Source: Thermoanaerobaculia bacterium
GTDB lineage: Bacteria > Acidobacteriota > Thermoanaerobaculia > Multivoradales > UBA5704
Reading direction: 5' to 3'
Assembly (NCBI GenBank): GCA_044226625.1
Contig: JBGAGQ010000009.1
Span: 32,001 to 96,000 of the forward strand
DNA: 64,000 nucleotides
Shown: positions 28,553 to 38,331 of the stretch, piece by piece
Layout: every line of letters begins with the position of its first letter
Position numbering within the stretch: position 1 is the first letter of the stretch
Program-made: the position numbers and the translations under genes
The notes under the pieces: generated by a model
Seen by the model: only the letters and a program-made list of their open reading frames with translations
Told to the model about the DNA's origin: nothing
The model's database searches: none

Positions 28553-30319
28553 TTACCTCGACTCGTGCAGCTTCGAGCGTTTCCTCGCTGTCGCCAGCGA
28601 GCTCTCATACGAGCGGCAGACGGCGAGCTTTTCGGTGCGGCGGGGGAAGCCCGCTTTGCCGAGGACTTCGAGCGGCTGGTGTTGGACGCCCGCCAGGACG
28701 ACGTAGACGTTCATCTGGAACAGGCGGTCGACCGCCGCCTCGAGCGCGACGAGGCCGGTTGCGTCGATCGCCGGAACGGTCGACAGGTCGAGCACCACCA
28801 CGGCGACGCCGCGGGCGACGCGCTGGAGAGCACCCATCGCCTTCTGCGCGGCTCCGAAGAAGAGGGGGCCCGCGATCTCGTAGACCACGACGTCGGCCGG
28901 CAGCCCTTCGGCGACCAACGGATGGGTCGACTCGGCAAGGTCGGCTCCGGAGACCTCGGCCATGCGGCGCATGAAGAGAAGCGCCGCGAGCAGCACGCCG
29001 AAGGTGATGGCGACCACCATGTCGAACAGCACCGTGAGCAGGAAGCAGGAGACGAGCAGGAACGTGTCGCTCTTCGGCGCCTGGCGGAAGGTGCGGGCGA
29101 AGTTGTGGACCTCGCTCATGTTCCAGGCGACGAGCAGCAGGAGCGCCGCCAGCGAGGCCATCGGTAGGTAGCCGAGCCAAGGGGCCGCGACCAGGACGGC
29201 GAGCAGCACCACAAGCGCGTGGGCCATCGCGGCGACCGGCGAGCGGGCGCCGGAGCGGACGTTGGTAGCCGTTCGCGCGAGCGCGCCTGTCGCGGCGATT
29301 CCGCCGAAGAACGGGGCGACCAGATTGCCGATCCCCTGGGCGAGCAGCTCGCTATCGGGATCGTGGGTCTTTCCCGTCAGGCCGTCGGCGACCACCGCCG
29401 AGAGGAGCGATTCGATCGCGCCGAGCATGGCGATCGCGAAGGCGACCGGCAGGAGCTGGCGGAAGAGGTCGAACGAGAGGGCGAGTGGCGCGCCGTCCGC
29501 GCCGGGGAGGTTCCACGGCAGGAGGGGCACCGGCGGCAGCCGCGGGATCCCGTCGCGAACGACGCCGTCCACCGTGTAATGGAATCGGCTCGCGATCGTC
29601 TCGACGGCGAATCCCGGGACGAACCGTGAAAGCGCCAAGGCGAGCAGCGCTCCGAGCGAGAGAGCCACGAGCGGCGCGGGGATCTTCTTCGTGAGCCGCG
29701 GCCAGAGCAGCAGCACGGCGAGGGTGAACGCACCGATCGCGATCTCCGGCCAGCGCGCGGAGGGGATCGCCCGAGCGAGCGCAACGGCTCGCTCGGCGAA
29801 ATGCTCCGGCATCTTCTCGACCGAAAGCCCGAGGAAATCCTTGAGCTGGAGCGTCGCGATCACGACCGCGATACCGGTCGTGAATCCCGTCGTCACCGGG
29901 TACGGCACGAACTGAATCAACCGCCCGAGGCGCCCGACGCCCATCGCGATCAGGATCACCCCGGCCATCGCGGTCGCGAGGAGGAGCCCACCCAGGCCAT
30001 GCGCCGCGGCGATCGGCGCCAGGACGACCACGAACGCCGCGGTCGGCCCGGAGACCTGGACCTTCGACCCGCCGAGCGCCGCGATCAGGAACCCGGCAAT
30101 GATCGCGGTGTAGAGACCATGCTGCGGCGGCACGCCGGAGGCGACCGCGAGCGCCATGGAAAGCGGCAGGGCGACGACGCCGACGACCGCCCCGGCAAGC
30201 AGATCCGCGCGAAGCTCGGCTTTGCCGTACCCCTGGGCGAACGTCCGCCGAAGGGCCTCGGCGAGCTTCAAGGGAAATTGAGGCGACGGGGTGGTCGAGA
30301 CCGTTGAAGGGGAATGCAT
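28553..30319 (-). CDS. dauA: SulP-family C4-dicarboxylate transporter DauA
   Basis: DLLAGAVVGVVALPLSMALA, VSGPTAAFVV, AMLGAIESLL, ATGALART, C-terminal STAS (GPLFFGAA). Confidence 0.9.
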   Translation of the reverse strand: MHSPSTVSTTPSPQFPLKLAEALRRTFAQGYGKAELRADLLAGAVVGVVALPLSMALAVASGVPPQHGLYTAIIAGFLIAALGGSKVQVSGPTAAFVVVLAPIAAAHGLGGLLLATAMAGVILIAMGVGRLGRLIQFVPYPVTTGFTTGIAVVIATLQLKDFLGLSVEKMPEHFAERAVALARAIPSARWPEIAIGAFTLAVLLLWPRLTKKIPAPLVALSLGALLALALSRFVPGFAVETIASRFHYTVDGVVRDGIPRLPPVPLLPWNLPGADGAPLALSFDLFRQLLPVAFAIAMLGAIESLLSAVVADGLTGKTHDPDSELLAQGIGNLVAPFFGGIAATGALARTATNVRSGARSPVAAMAHALVVLLAVLVAAPWLGYLPMASLAALLLLVAWNMSEVHNFARTFRQAPKSDTFLLVSCFLLTVLFDMVVAITFGVLLAALLFMRRMAEVSGADLAESTHPLVAEGLPADVVVYEIAGPLFFGAAQKAMGALQRVARGVAVVVLDLSTVPAIDATGLVALEAAVDRLFQMNVYVVLAGVQHQPLEVLGKAGFPRRTEKLAVCRSYESSLATARKRSKLHESR

Positions 30320-30364
30320 GGTCGTGCGAAATCAGCGATCAGTATACGCGCCTCGATTCGGCGA

Positions 30365-31588
30365 TCAGGTCGCTTTTCGCACCATCTGCACGACCGCCTC
30401 CATATGGCCGGTCTGGGGGAAGAGATCCACCAGCGCCAGGCTTTCGATCGTGAACGCTTGGGACAGCTGGCGCAGGTCGCGGGCGAGCGTCGCCGGGTGG
30501 CAGGAGACGTAGGTGAGTCGCGCCGGAGGGCGCTCGGTCAGGATCGCGCGGACGCGGTGCGAAAGGCCTCCGCGCGGTGGATCAACGACGACCCTATCGG
30601 TCTCGTAGGGAAGCTTGCCGATCCAGGTTTCGAGCGCGCTCGGGAACGATTCGACGTTCGCGAGCCGGTTGCGCCGCGCGTTGTTCCGCGCGTAGCGGAC
30701 CGCGATCCGGTCGGCTTCCACCGCGACGACGCGGTCGTAGCGTTTGGCGAGCGGCAGCGCGAAGAGCCCGACACCCGCGTAGAGATCGTAGGCGGATTTG
30801 CCGGTCCAAGGTCCGACCGCCGCTTCGACCAGCTTCGGCAGCAGACCTCGATGCCCTTGGAAAAAGCAGCGCGCGTCGTAGGCATAGGTGATCTCGCCCG
30901 CCGAGGTCGCAACCGTCGTGGTCACCTCGCCGTGCGGCAATCCCTCGATCACCGGTGCCACGGTCACCTCGCCGGCGTCGCCCGCGGCGAGGTCGATCCG
31001 ACGCGGCGAATCTTCCCCGAGCAGCCGAGGTAGGACGGAGAGCAGCGCCTCCAGCTCCGGCACCAACAGGGCGCACTCCTGAACCGGGATCAGCCGGTTG
31101 CTGCCGCGCGCTTGGTAGCCGACGAAGACGTCTCCCCGCTCGTTCCGCTCCGTGGTGAGCTCCGTGCGCAGCCGATAGTGCCAGGGCTCGCCGGTGATGA
31201 CCTGAAGGTCGGCCGGGAGGGTGATCCCGCCCATCCGTACCAGCGTCTCGCAAACCGCCTGGGCGCGCGACCGCGATTGGAGGTCGTCGTCGAGATGCTG
31301 GAGATCGCAGAGGCCGGTCGCCGCGAGCGCCGGATACGGATCGGGGCGGCGCCCCGGGCCGGGCTCGAGGATCTCGACGATCTCGGCGCGCGCGTAGTCG
31401 GGCTTCCGCTCGGTCAATCGGACGCGGAGCCGATCGCCCGGCGCCGCGCGCGGAACGAAGATCGGGATGCCCTCCCAACGACCGATCCCTTCGCCGCCCG
31501 CGACGAGCTTGTCGATCGCGATCTCCAATTCGTCGATCTGGGCGAGCCGGATGCTCGCGGGAGGCGCCGCCTCGGGTCTTCGGCTCAT
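30365..31588 (-). CDS. TRAM-domain RNA (uracil-5)-methyltransferase, RlmD-like
   Basis: TRAM N-terminus; FFQ, DLYAGVGLF, VDPPRGG, YVSCHPATLARDL, DLFPQTGHME. Confidence 0.9.
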   Translation of the reverse strand: MSRRPEAAPPASIRLAQIDELEIAIDKLVAGGEGIGRWEGIPIFVPRAAPGDRLRVRLTERKPDYARAEIVEILEPGPGRRPDPYPALAATGLCDLQHLDDDLQSRSRAQAVCETLVRMGGITLPADLQVITGEPWHYRLRTELTTERNERGDVFVGYQARGSNRLIPVQECALLVPELEALLSVLPRLLGEDSPRRIDLAAGDAGEVTVAPVIEGLPHGEVTTTVATSAGEITYAYDARCFFQGHRGLLPKLVEAAVGPWTGKSAYDLYAGVGLFALPLAKRYDRVVAVEADRIAVRYARNNARRNRLANVESFPSALETWIGKLPYETDRVVVDPPRGGLSHRVRAILTERPPARLTYVSCHPATLARDLRQLSQAFTIESLALVDLFPQTGHMEAVVQMVRKAT

Positions 31589-32430
31589 AAGGCCCTCAAG
31601 ATCTGGACCCGCGAGGCGAGGCCGGGAAGGCGCTCCTCGACCGCGCGCTCGAGCTCGGCGAAGGTGTGCCGGTGGGACAAGTGCTGGAGCACGATCGCCT
31701 GGTTCGCAAACCGTTCGGAGCGCGCCGCAATCTCGTCGATGTGCATGTGCCGGTAGAGAACCGCGCGCTCGCGCAGCTCGGGAGAAAGAAAGGTGCACTC
31801 GAGGATCAAGACCGCGCTCGAGAACACCCGGGGCTCCAGCTCGAAGACGCCCGGGCCGGTGTCGGCGCAGTAGGAGACCCAGAGCTCCTCGACCGTCTCC
31901 TCGATGGAGACTCCAGCGGCCCGCAACGCGGCGAGCTCGCTGCCGTCTTTTCCCTGGTGCTCCGCCATCAAGTGATGCTTTTTCCGCAGGAGGTGAAAGC
32001 CGAGGCTCGGCACGCCATGGTCGACCGGAAACGCCTCGACCACGAGGTCGCGCGCCACTTCGACCCGGGAGCCGACGTCGAGGGGTATGAGCTCCCAACG
32101 ATAGGTGACCCTCTCCAACCGCTCGGCCGCCTCGACGAATGCGCGCAGGTCGCCCGCGATCTCGGCCGAACAGAAAACCCTCGTCGCCGCCGATTCGTGG
32201 AGCGTCCGCTGCGAGATGGCGAACGGCAGACCGAGCGCGTGGTCGAGATGGCCGTGGGAGACGAACAGGTCGCGCGAGCCGCCGAGCTGGAGCGCCCCCC
32301 TGCCGACGTCGAACGCAAGGCCGGGGGGGTGGAGCTTCAACCAGGTCGAATCGCCCGCGCGGGACGACCCTTCGATGCGGAGCGCACCCGGTCCCGATTC
32401 GATGCGAACTTCGACCCGGCCGCCGCTCAT
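31585..32430 (-). CDS. MBL-fold hydrolase, RNase Z-like
   Basis: SHGHLDH, VDHGVPSLG, YCADT, ILECTF, HMH, QHLSHRH. Confidence 0.85.
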   Translation of the reverse strand: MSGGRVEVRIESGPGALRIEGSSRAGDSTWLKLHPPGLAFDVGRGALQLGGSRDLFVSHGHLDHALGLPFAISQRTLHESAATRVFCSAEIAGDLRAFVEAAERLERVTYRWELIPLDVGSRVEVARDLVVEAFPVDHGVPSLGFHLLRKKHHLMAEHQGKDGSELAALRAAGVSIEETVEELWVSYCADTGPGVFELEPRVFSSAVLILECTFLSPELRERAVLYRHMHIDEIAARSERFANQAIVLQHLSHRHTFAELERAVEERLPGLASRVQILRAL

Positions 32431-32455
32431 GATCGGTGCGATTCGGCCTCCCCGC

Positions 32456-33520
32456 TCAGATCTCGCGGAACACGAACCGGCGGATCGGCGCAAGCCGCTC
32501 GGCCACGCTGTTCGGATCCGGATCGATCAGCCAAAGCGCCGCGGCGATCGAGGAGACGAGCGAGTTGCCGTCCTGCGGGGTGAAGCAGAAGCCGTAGATC
32601 TCGCGGTTCTTACGCACCGTGAGCGTCGGCGAGACGACCACGGTCTGCGACAGAATGCGGCCGTAATAGCCGTGATCGCGGCCGAAGCTGAAGATCAGGT
32701 TCGAGGAGCGCTTGTCGGTCATCGCGACGCGCGGGTTCTCCTTGAGCCGCCGCTTCACCTCGTCCAGGGCGATGTCGCGGTTGAGCTCCAAGTTGAACCA
32801 GATCGAGTGCATGTATTGGGTGTTGAGCTTGACCGCGCTCGAGAAGAGATTCAGGTCGAGGCCGAGCGTCTCGAACACGTGGTGCGCGTCGTGGGCATGG
32901 TGGGTGCCGAAGACGTCGTCATCGTGCTTGCCCACGGAGGGAGCCGGCACGAACCCTCCGTCCTGGGAGATGTCGTTCGCGCGCCGCATGCAGACGAAGT
33001 TGCCGCGGGTGAGCGAATAGCCCGCGTCGCCTTCGTCGCACAGCGTCTTGATCAGGGTCGTGATGTTGTGGGTGTTGCAGGAGACGACCTGCACGTAGCG
33101 ATCTTCGCCGTGAACCAAGGTCTCGTCGTTGATCCCTCGAGCGTAGGGCTTGCCGAAGCCGAACTCGCTCCCCTGGGCGATGAAACCCTTGGGGCCGGAG
33201 AGGTGCTGGTAGATCTTTTCCTTGTTCTCGTTGCCGGCGGGGGTACAGTCGATCACCACGGTCGCCCGGTCGAGCGCGTCGGCCGTGTCAAAGCTCACCT
33301 TGTGGCCGAGATTCTCGAAGCTCTCGCGCACGTCCGGATCCGCCGCGAGCTTGGCCCCGCGCGCCATCAGGTGGTTGATCTTCGCGCGGTCCGCGGGCAG
33401 CGCCGTCCGCTTGTGAAAGGTCACTTCGTCGATTCCGAGCTTCTCGCGGAAATCGGTGAACAGGCCGATCAGAGGCTCCCCGATCGTGCCCGTGCCCACG
33501 AGGTGGACGATCTTGGCCAT
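32456..33520 (-). CDS. Archaeal-type (class II) glyceraldehyde-3-phosphate dehydrogenase homologue
   Basis: GTGTIG, VVIDCTP, AQGSE, VVSCNT, RRANDI, THHAHDA, MH motifs; GGAGAAGG RBS. Confidence 0.8.
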   Translation of the reverse strand: MAKIVHLVGTGTIGEPLIGLFTDFREKLGIDEVTFHKRTALPADRAKINHLMARGAKLAADPDVRESFENLGHKVSFDTADALDRATVVIDCTPAGNENKEKIYQHLSGPKGFIAQGSEFGFGKPYARGINDETLVHGEDRYVQVVSCNTHNITTLIKTLCDEGDAGYSLTRGNFVCMRRANDISQDGGFVPAPSVGKHDDDVFGTHHAHDAHHVFETLGLDLNLFSSAVKLNTQYMHSIWFNLELNRDIALDEVKRRLKENPRVAMTDKRSSNLIFSFGRDHGYYGRILSQTVVVSPTLTVRKNREIYGFCFTPQDGNSLVSSIAAALWLIDPDPNSVAERLAPIRRFVFREI

Positions 33521-33680
33521 GGCTACCTTCTCCTGGGTAGGAAATTGCGACAGACGTACGTGGCGATGATTAGGAAGGCGGGGCGGACCCGCTTGGCGCG
33601 AAGGGTAGCACACCGCCCCGCCGGGACCCGAGAGCAACGAGGCAGGCCGCCGCTCGCCGCGAGTCCCCCGGAGATTCGAA

Positions 33681-33938
33681 TCACTCCGTCGGCGAGCCCT
33701 CGCCCCATGCGCCATGTTTGCCTCCGCCGCGCCAATTTGGGTCCCGCCGGGCGAAAGCGTCCAGGTCCCGCGGAATCTCGAGGTAGGTACGGGTGACTTT
33801 CGGATCGCAAACGTCGTTCTCACACTCGTAGGTATAGACGTTCCACTCGTCACGGCGGGAAAACGCCGCTAAGGTCTGATACGTATTGCAGTTGCCGCAT
33901 TTGATCGAGAACTGCCGAAGGTCGACGGATTCGCTCAT
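33681..33938 (-). CDS. Small zinc-ribbon-like protein
   Basis: KCGNCNT...YECENDVC; GGAGA RBS. Confidence 0.7.
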   Translation of the reverse strand: MSESVDLRQFSIKCGNCNTYQTLAAFSRRDEWNVYTYECENDVCDPKVTRTYLEIPRDLDAFARRDPNWRGGGKHGAWGEGSPTE

Positions 33939-34036
33939 GAGGGTTCTCCCGGCTCGGCAAAGACTCTATCTTCCCGCGCTCGTTGACCGGCAACCCATAG
34001 ACGATGGCGCATCCTTTGCTATCGTCCGCTTCCCGT

Positions 34037-34989
34037 ATGGCGAACTTCCTCTCCCCCCGCGGCGTTTTTCCCCGGCTGTCCAGGGCCAGACTCCTCCGGC
34101 GAGCCCCCCTGGCTCCGCGGACCCAACGGCAGAATTTGCCGACACCTTTTCGGTCGGCTATGTGCTGGTTCCGGTCGTCGTGCGCGATGGGGCTCGCTAC
34201 GTCCAGGGTCTCGACCGCAAGGACTTCAAACTCAAGGTGGACGGCCGGCCGGCAGCGTTCGAGAGCTTCGAGAGCCGAGCCGATGCTCCGGCGAGCCTGG
34301 TGTTCCTCCAGGATCTCTCCGGCAGCATGGAAGCGGGCCAGCGAATGGTCTGGAGCCGGGCGGCCACGCGCTATTTTCTCGATCAGGCCGCCTCGGGCGA
34401 CGAGTTTGCGATCGGCACTTTTTCCGATGGCGAGCAGCGCATCGACGTTCCGTTCACCGACAATCTGGGCGCCGTCCGCGAGGCGATCGAAACCTGGAAG
34501 CCCTGGGGGAAGACCGCTCTGCACGATGCGGTCGCCCACATGCCCGAGATTTCCGGCGCCGGCCACAACCCGAAACGCTTCGCCCTGCTGATCACCGACG
34601 GCGTCGACAATGCGAGCACGATCCCTCCCGATCAGGCCCGGGAGCTGGTGCGCGCCGCCCAGGTGCCCGTCTATGTCCTAGGTCTGGATTCGGGCAACCC
34701 GTACGCCCTGAACGAGCAGGGTCGGAAGGTCTACCGATACGCCGATGTCCTCTCCCTGCTCGCCGCGACCTCGGGCGGGCGCTATTTCCCGATCTCTTCG
34801 ACCGAAGAGCTGAACCTCGCCCTCGCCGCGATCCGCGACGATTTGCGGCATCAGTACGTCTTAGGCTTCGCGACCGGCGACGGTACCGACCGTTTCCGCC
34901 GTCTGGAGATTCAGGTGGCGGGAAAACGGGCGGTGGTGTTCCGGCGCGGATATACCGGACCTCCTCCCGCGACGTCCCGGGGGAGATGA
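34037..34989 (+). CDS. Acidobacterial VWA-domain protein (start uncertain, possible 5' frameshift)
   Basis: VLVPVVVRDG..YVQGLDRKDF, QDLSGSM (MIDAS), TALHDAV, LITDGVDNAS, SGGRYF, LRHQYVLGF. Confidence 0.85.
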
Positions 34990-35062
34990 ACCGGGGTCGG
35001 CCGGAGAGCTCCGCCACGGCGCCCCCCGGACCGCGATCCCGTATCCTTAGGAGGATCACCTC

Positions 35063-35695
35063 ATGTTGAAGTCCGTCAAGGTTTCCGCCCTCGCCGTCGT
35101 GCTCGCGGGAGGGCTGCTCGCCTCCGGTTGCGCCACCAAGAAATACGTCCGCCAAGAAGACGCCAAGGTCAACGACCGGGTGAGCGGCGTCCAGGGCCAG
35201 GTGGAGGACGTCCAGAGCCAGAACAAGCGACAGGACGAGGAGCTCCAGACGCACGGCCAGCAGATCGGTGAAGCGTCGCGCACCGCGCAGGAAGCCCTCG
35301 CTCGCGCCCAGGAGGCGGGTAAGCTCGCCGAGGGCAAGCTCCTCTACGAAACCGTCCTGACCGACGACCGCGTGCATTTCGGCTTCAACAAGCACGAGCT
35401 GTCGGCCGAAGCCAAGGCGGCCCTGGACGAGTTCGCCGAGAAGCTGAAGGCCGAGGGCAAGGGCGTCTACATCGAGATCCAGGGCCATACGGACGCGGTC
35501 GGATCGAGCGACTACAACGAGGAGCTCGGCCAAACCCGGGCGATGGCCGTGCGCAACTACCTCTCCCGGCAGCACCAGCTGCCGCTCCACCGGATGAACG
35601 TCATCTCCTACGGCGAGCTCGCCCCGATCGCCGACAACAAGACGCCCGACGGCCGTTCCCAGAACCGCCGCGTGGCGCTCGTCGTCCTGCGGTAA
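35063..35695 (+). CDS. OmpA-family lipoprotein
   Basis: Lipobox ASG-C, CATKKYV; IQGHTDAVG..YNEELGQTRA; GRSQNRRV. Confidence 0.93.
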   Translation: MLKSVKVSALAVVLAGGLLASGCATKKYVRQEDAKVNDRVSGVQGQVEDVQSQNKRQDEELQTHGQQIGEASRTAQEALARAQEAGKLAEGKLLYETVLTDDRVHFGFNKHELSAEAKAALDEFAEKLKAEGKGVYIEIQGHTDAVGSSDYNEELGQTRAMAVRNYLSRQHQLPLHRMNVISYGELAPIADNKTPDGRSQNRRVALVVLR

Positions 35696-35751
35696 CGCCT
35701 CTCAAGAAGCGGGCTTCCTGGCCGCTTCATCCAATCCAAGGAAACGATTCG

Positions 35752-35778
35752 GCGGCCCTTCGGGGCCGCTCTGTTTTT
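35752..35778 (+). terminator. Rho-independent terminator
   Basis: GCGGCCC-TTCG-GGGCCGC then TCTGTTTTT. Confidence 0.7.
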
Positions 35779-35832
35779 AGGCCGGTCTGTTTTTGGGCGG
35801 GCTCAAGCGCCCGGTGATAACGTCGTCGGACC

Positions 35833-36750
35833 GTGAGCAATCTGATCCTGCTCGGCGTCTGTCTGCTCGCCGGGATCCTCCTCCGCGCGAGCGGTAAGGT
35901 CGGGCCGGAGGGCTCGAAGCCCCTCAACCTCGCCGTCCTCTACGTCGCGCTCCCCGCGATGGTCTTGGAGCACGTCCACTCCCTCCGGTTCGAACGCAGC
36001 CTACTCTTCCCCGCGCTCATGCCCTGGCTGGTTTTCTCGGTCGGTGCGGGCTTGATCCTGCTGCTCCACCGGTTCGGAGTCCTCGATCGGCAAGCAGCGG
36101 GCGCTCTCTGTCTGACCGCGGCGCTCGGCAATACCTCGTTCGTCGGCCTTCCGATGATCGAGGCGTATTACGGCCGGGGTCTGCTTGGCGTGGGCGTGAT
36201 GGCGGACCAGCTCGGGACGTTCCTCTGCCTGAACCTCCCTGGAATCCTCCTCGCGGCGCGCCTCGCGGCCCGGGACGGCGACAGGGTCTCCCTCGCGGAG
36301 ATCGGCCGCAAGGTCTTGCTCTTTCCCCCGTTTCTGGTCCTGCTCCTCGCCGTCGCCCTCCGCCCGTTCGAATACCCGGATTGGGCCCATTCGCTACTCG
36401 CCCGTTTGGGCGACACGCTCACCCCGCTCGCCCTGCTCTCGGTGGGGATCCAGCTCCAGTTCAGCGGTATCAAGAGCCGAACGCGAGAGCTTTCGATCGG
36501 GCTCGCCTACAAACTGCTCGCGGCGCCGCTCCTCGCCCTAGCCGTCTTCGGCTTGTTGCTGGGCGCGCGCGGCCCCGTCTTCCAAGTTACCGTCTTCGAA
36601 GCCGCGATGGCCCCGATGATCACCGGTTCGATCGTGGCTCAGGAATACGACCTCGCCGGAGACCTCGCGGCGCTGATGGTTGGGGTCGGAATCCCGGTTT
36701 CGTTTCTGACGCTATGGGGATGGTTCCAGGTGTTGGCGCGGTTTGGATGA
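35833..36750 (+). CDS. AEC (auxin efflux carrier) family transporter
   Basis: About 10 TM; YVALPA, GNTSFVGLP, TLTPLALLSVG, EAAMAPMI. Confidence 0.9.
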   Translation: MSNLILLGVCLLAGILLRASGKVGPEGSKPLNLAVLYVALPAMVLEHVHSLRFERSLLFPALMPWLVFSVGAGLILLLHRFGVLDRQAAGALCLTAALGNTSFVGLPMIEAYYGRGLLGVGVMADQLGTFLCLNLPGILLAARLAARDGDRVSLAEIGRKVLLFPPFLVLLLAVALRPFEYPDWAHSLLARLGDTLTPLALLSVGIQLQFSGIKSRTRELSIGLAYKLLAAPLLALAVFGLLLGARGPVFQVTVFEAAMAPMITGSIVAQEYDLAGDLAALMVGVGIPVSFLTLWGWFQVLARFG

Positions 36751-36801
36751 GATTCGGCGCCACGCTCGAGCATTGGCTTGTGGATCACATCCCGCCACAG
36801 C

Positions 36802-36831
36802 AAAACGCCGGCGCGAGCGCCGGCGCTTTTT
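36802..36831. terminator. Bidirectional terminator
   Basis: AAAA-CGCCGGCGC-ga-GCGCCGGCG-c-TTTTT between convergent genes. Confidence 0.8.
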
Positions 36832-36850
36832 GGAATCTCTCGGGGATCTG

Positions 36851-38329
36851 CTACTTGCCGACGAAGATCGTCTTGTTCTCGGTGTAGTAGCCGATCGCGT
36901 CCTTGCCCAGCTCGCGGCCGAAGCCGCTCTGTTTGAATCCGCCGAACGGCGCGGCCGGGTCGTACCAGTTGTACTGGTTGATCCAGACCGTTCCGGATTG
37001 GATCTCGTGCGCGACGCGGTGGGCGCGGCCGACGTCTCGCGTCCAGACCCCGGCGGCGAGGCCGTAGATCGAGTCGTTCGCCATGGCGATCGCCTCTTTC
37101 TCGTCCTCGAACGGAATCACCACGAGAACCGGGCCGAAGATCTCTTCCTGGGCGACGCGCATCGAGTTCGAAACGCCGTCGAGCACGGTCGGTTGCATGA
37201 AGGCACCCTTGCCGTTCACGCTCGTGGCCTCTCCTCCCGTCGCCAGGCGCGCGCCTTCTTCGAGGCCGATCTTTACGTAGCCAAGGACGCTTTCGCGCTG
37301 GGACATCGAGACCAGTGCGCCGAGCCGAGTCTTCGGATCGAGCGGATCGGCGGGGGCGAGCTTCTTCGTTCGCTCGACCAGCCGCTCGACCAACTCGCCA
37401 TGGACCGATCGCTCGACGAACAGACGCGATCCGGCGGCGCAGACCTCTCCCTTTCCATAGAAGATGCCGGTATATGCACCTTTGACCGCTGCGTCCAGAT
37501 CGGCATCCGCAAAGACGATGTTCGGCGACTTGCCGCCCAACTCGAGCGTCAACCGCTTGGTCAACGCCGCCGCGCTGCGCATCAGGTCACGGCCGACCTC
37601 GGTCGATCCGGTGAAAGTGATCTTCGCCACGTCCGGATGGGCGACCAGAGCGTTGCCCACCGTAGCGCCGCCGCCGGGGACCACGTTCAGCACCCCCGGA
37701 GGAAGCCCGACCTCGACCGCGAGCTCGGCGAATTTGAGCGCGGTGATCGGGGTGTTCGAGGCCGGCTTCAAGACCACGGTATTGCCGAACGCGAGCGCCG
37801 GGGCCATCTTCCACATCGCTTGGATGATCGGGAAGTTCCAGGGAGTGATCGCGGCGATCACCCCGACCGGCTCGCGCAGGGTGTAGCCGAAGGAGAACGG
37901 CCCCTGCACCTGGATCGTGTCGCCCGAGACCTTGTCGGCCCAACCGGCGAAGTAGCGCAGCGCCTCGATCGCGGTGGGAAGGTCGACGTAGCGCGATTCG
38001 AAAATCGGCTTGCCGTTGTCGAGCGTCTCGAGCAGGGCGAACTCGTCGATCCGGCGTTCGAGCTCGTCGGCGATCTTCCAAAGCAGCAGACCGCGCTGAC
38101 GGGCGCCGGTCTTCTTGGCCCACACCGGCAGGGCGGCTTTCGCCGCCGCGACCGCCCGGTTGACGTCCTCGGCGCTCGCCGAGGCGACGGCGCAGATCGT
38201 CTCCTCGGTCGCCGGATTCACGGTCGAAAAGGTCTTGCCGCCCTCCGCCTCGACCCACTCCCCTCCCACGAACAGTCGAGAGGGAGGCAGCTTCGGCTCG
38301 GCGGAGAGCGTCTGGGCGACGTCGGCCAT
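36851..38329 (-). CDS. Aldehyde dehydrogenase
   Basis: PWNFP, FTGSTEVG, LELGGKSP, GEVCAAG, EEIFGPV, PFGGFKQSG. Confidence 0.96.
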   Translation of the reverse strand: MADVAQTLSAEPKLPPSRLFVGGEWVEAEGGKTFSTVNPATEETICAVASASAEDVNRAVAAAKAALPVWAKKTGARQRGLLLWKIADELERRIDEFALLETLDNGKPIFESRYVDLPTAIEALRYFAGWADKVSGDTIQVQGPFSFGYTLREPVGVIAAITPWNFPIIQAMWKMAPALAFGNTVVLKPASNTPITALKFAELAVEVGLPPGVLNVVPGGGATVGNALVAHPDVAKITFTGSTEVGRDLMRSAAALTKRLTLELGGKSPNIVFADADLDAAVKGAYTGIFYGKGEVCAAGSRLFVERSVHGELVERLVERTKKLAPADPLDPKTRLGALVSMSQRESVLGYVKIGLEEGARLATGGEATSVNGKGAFMQPTVLDGVSNSMRVAQEEIFGPVLVVIPFEDEKEAIAMANDSIYGLAAGVWTRDVGRAHRVAHEIQSGTVWINQYNWYDPAAPFGGFKQSGFGRELGKDAIGYYTENKTIFVGK

Positions 38330-38331
38330 GG

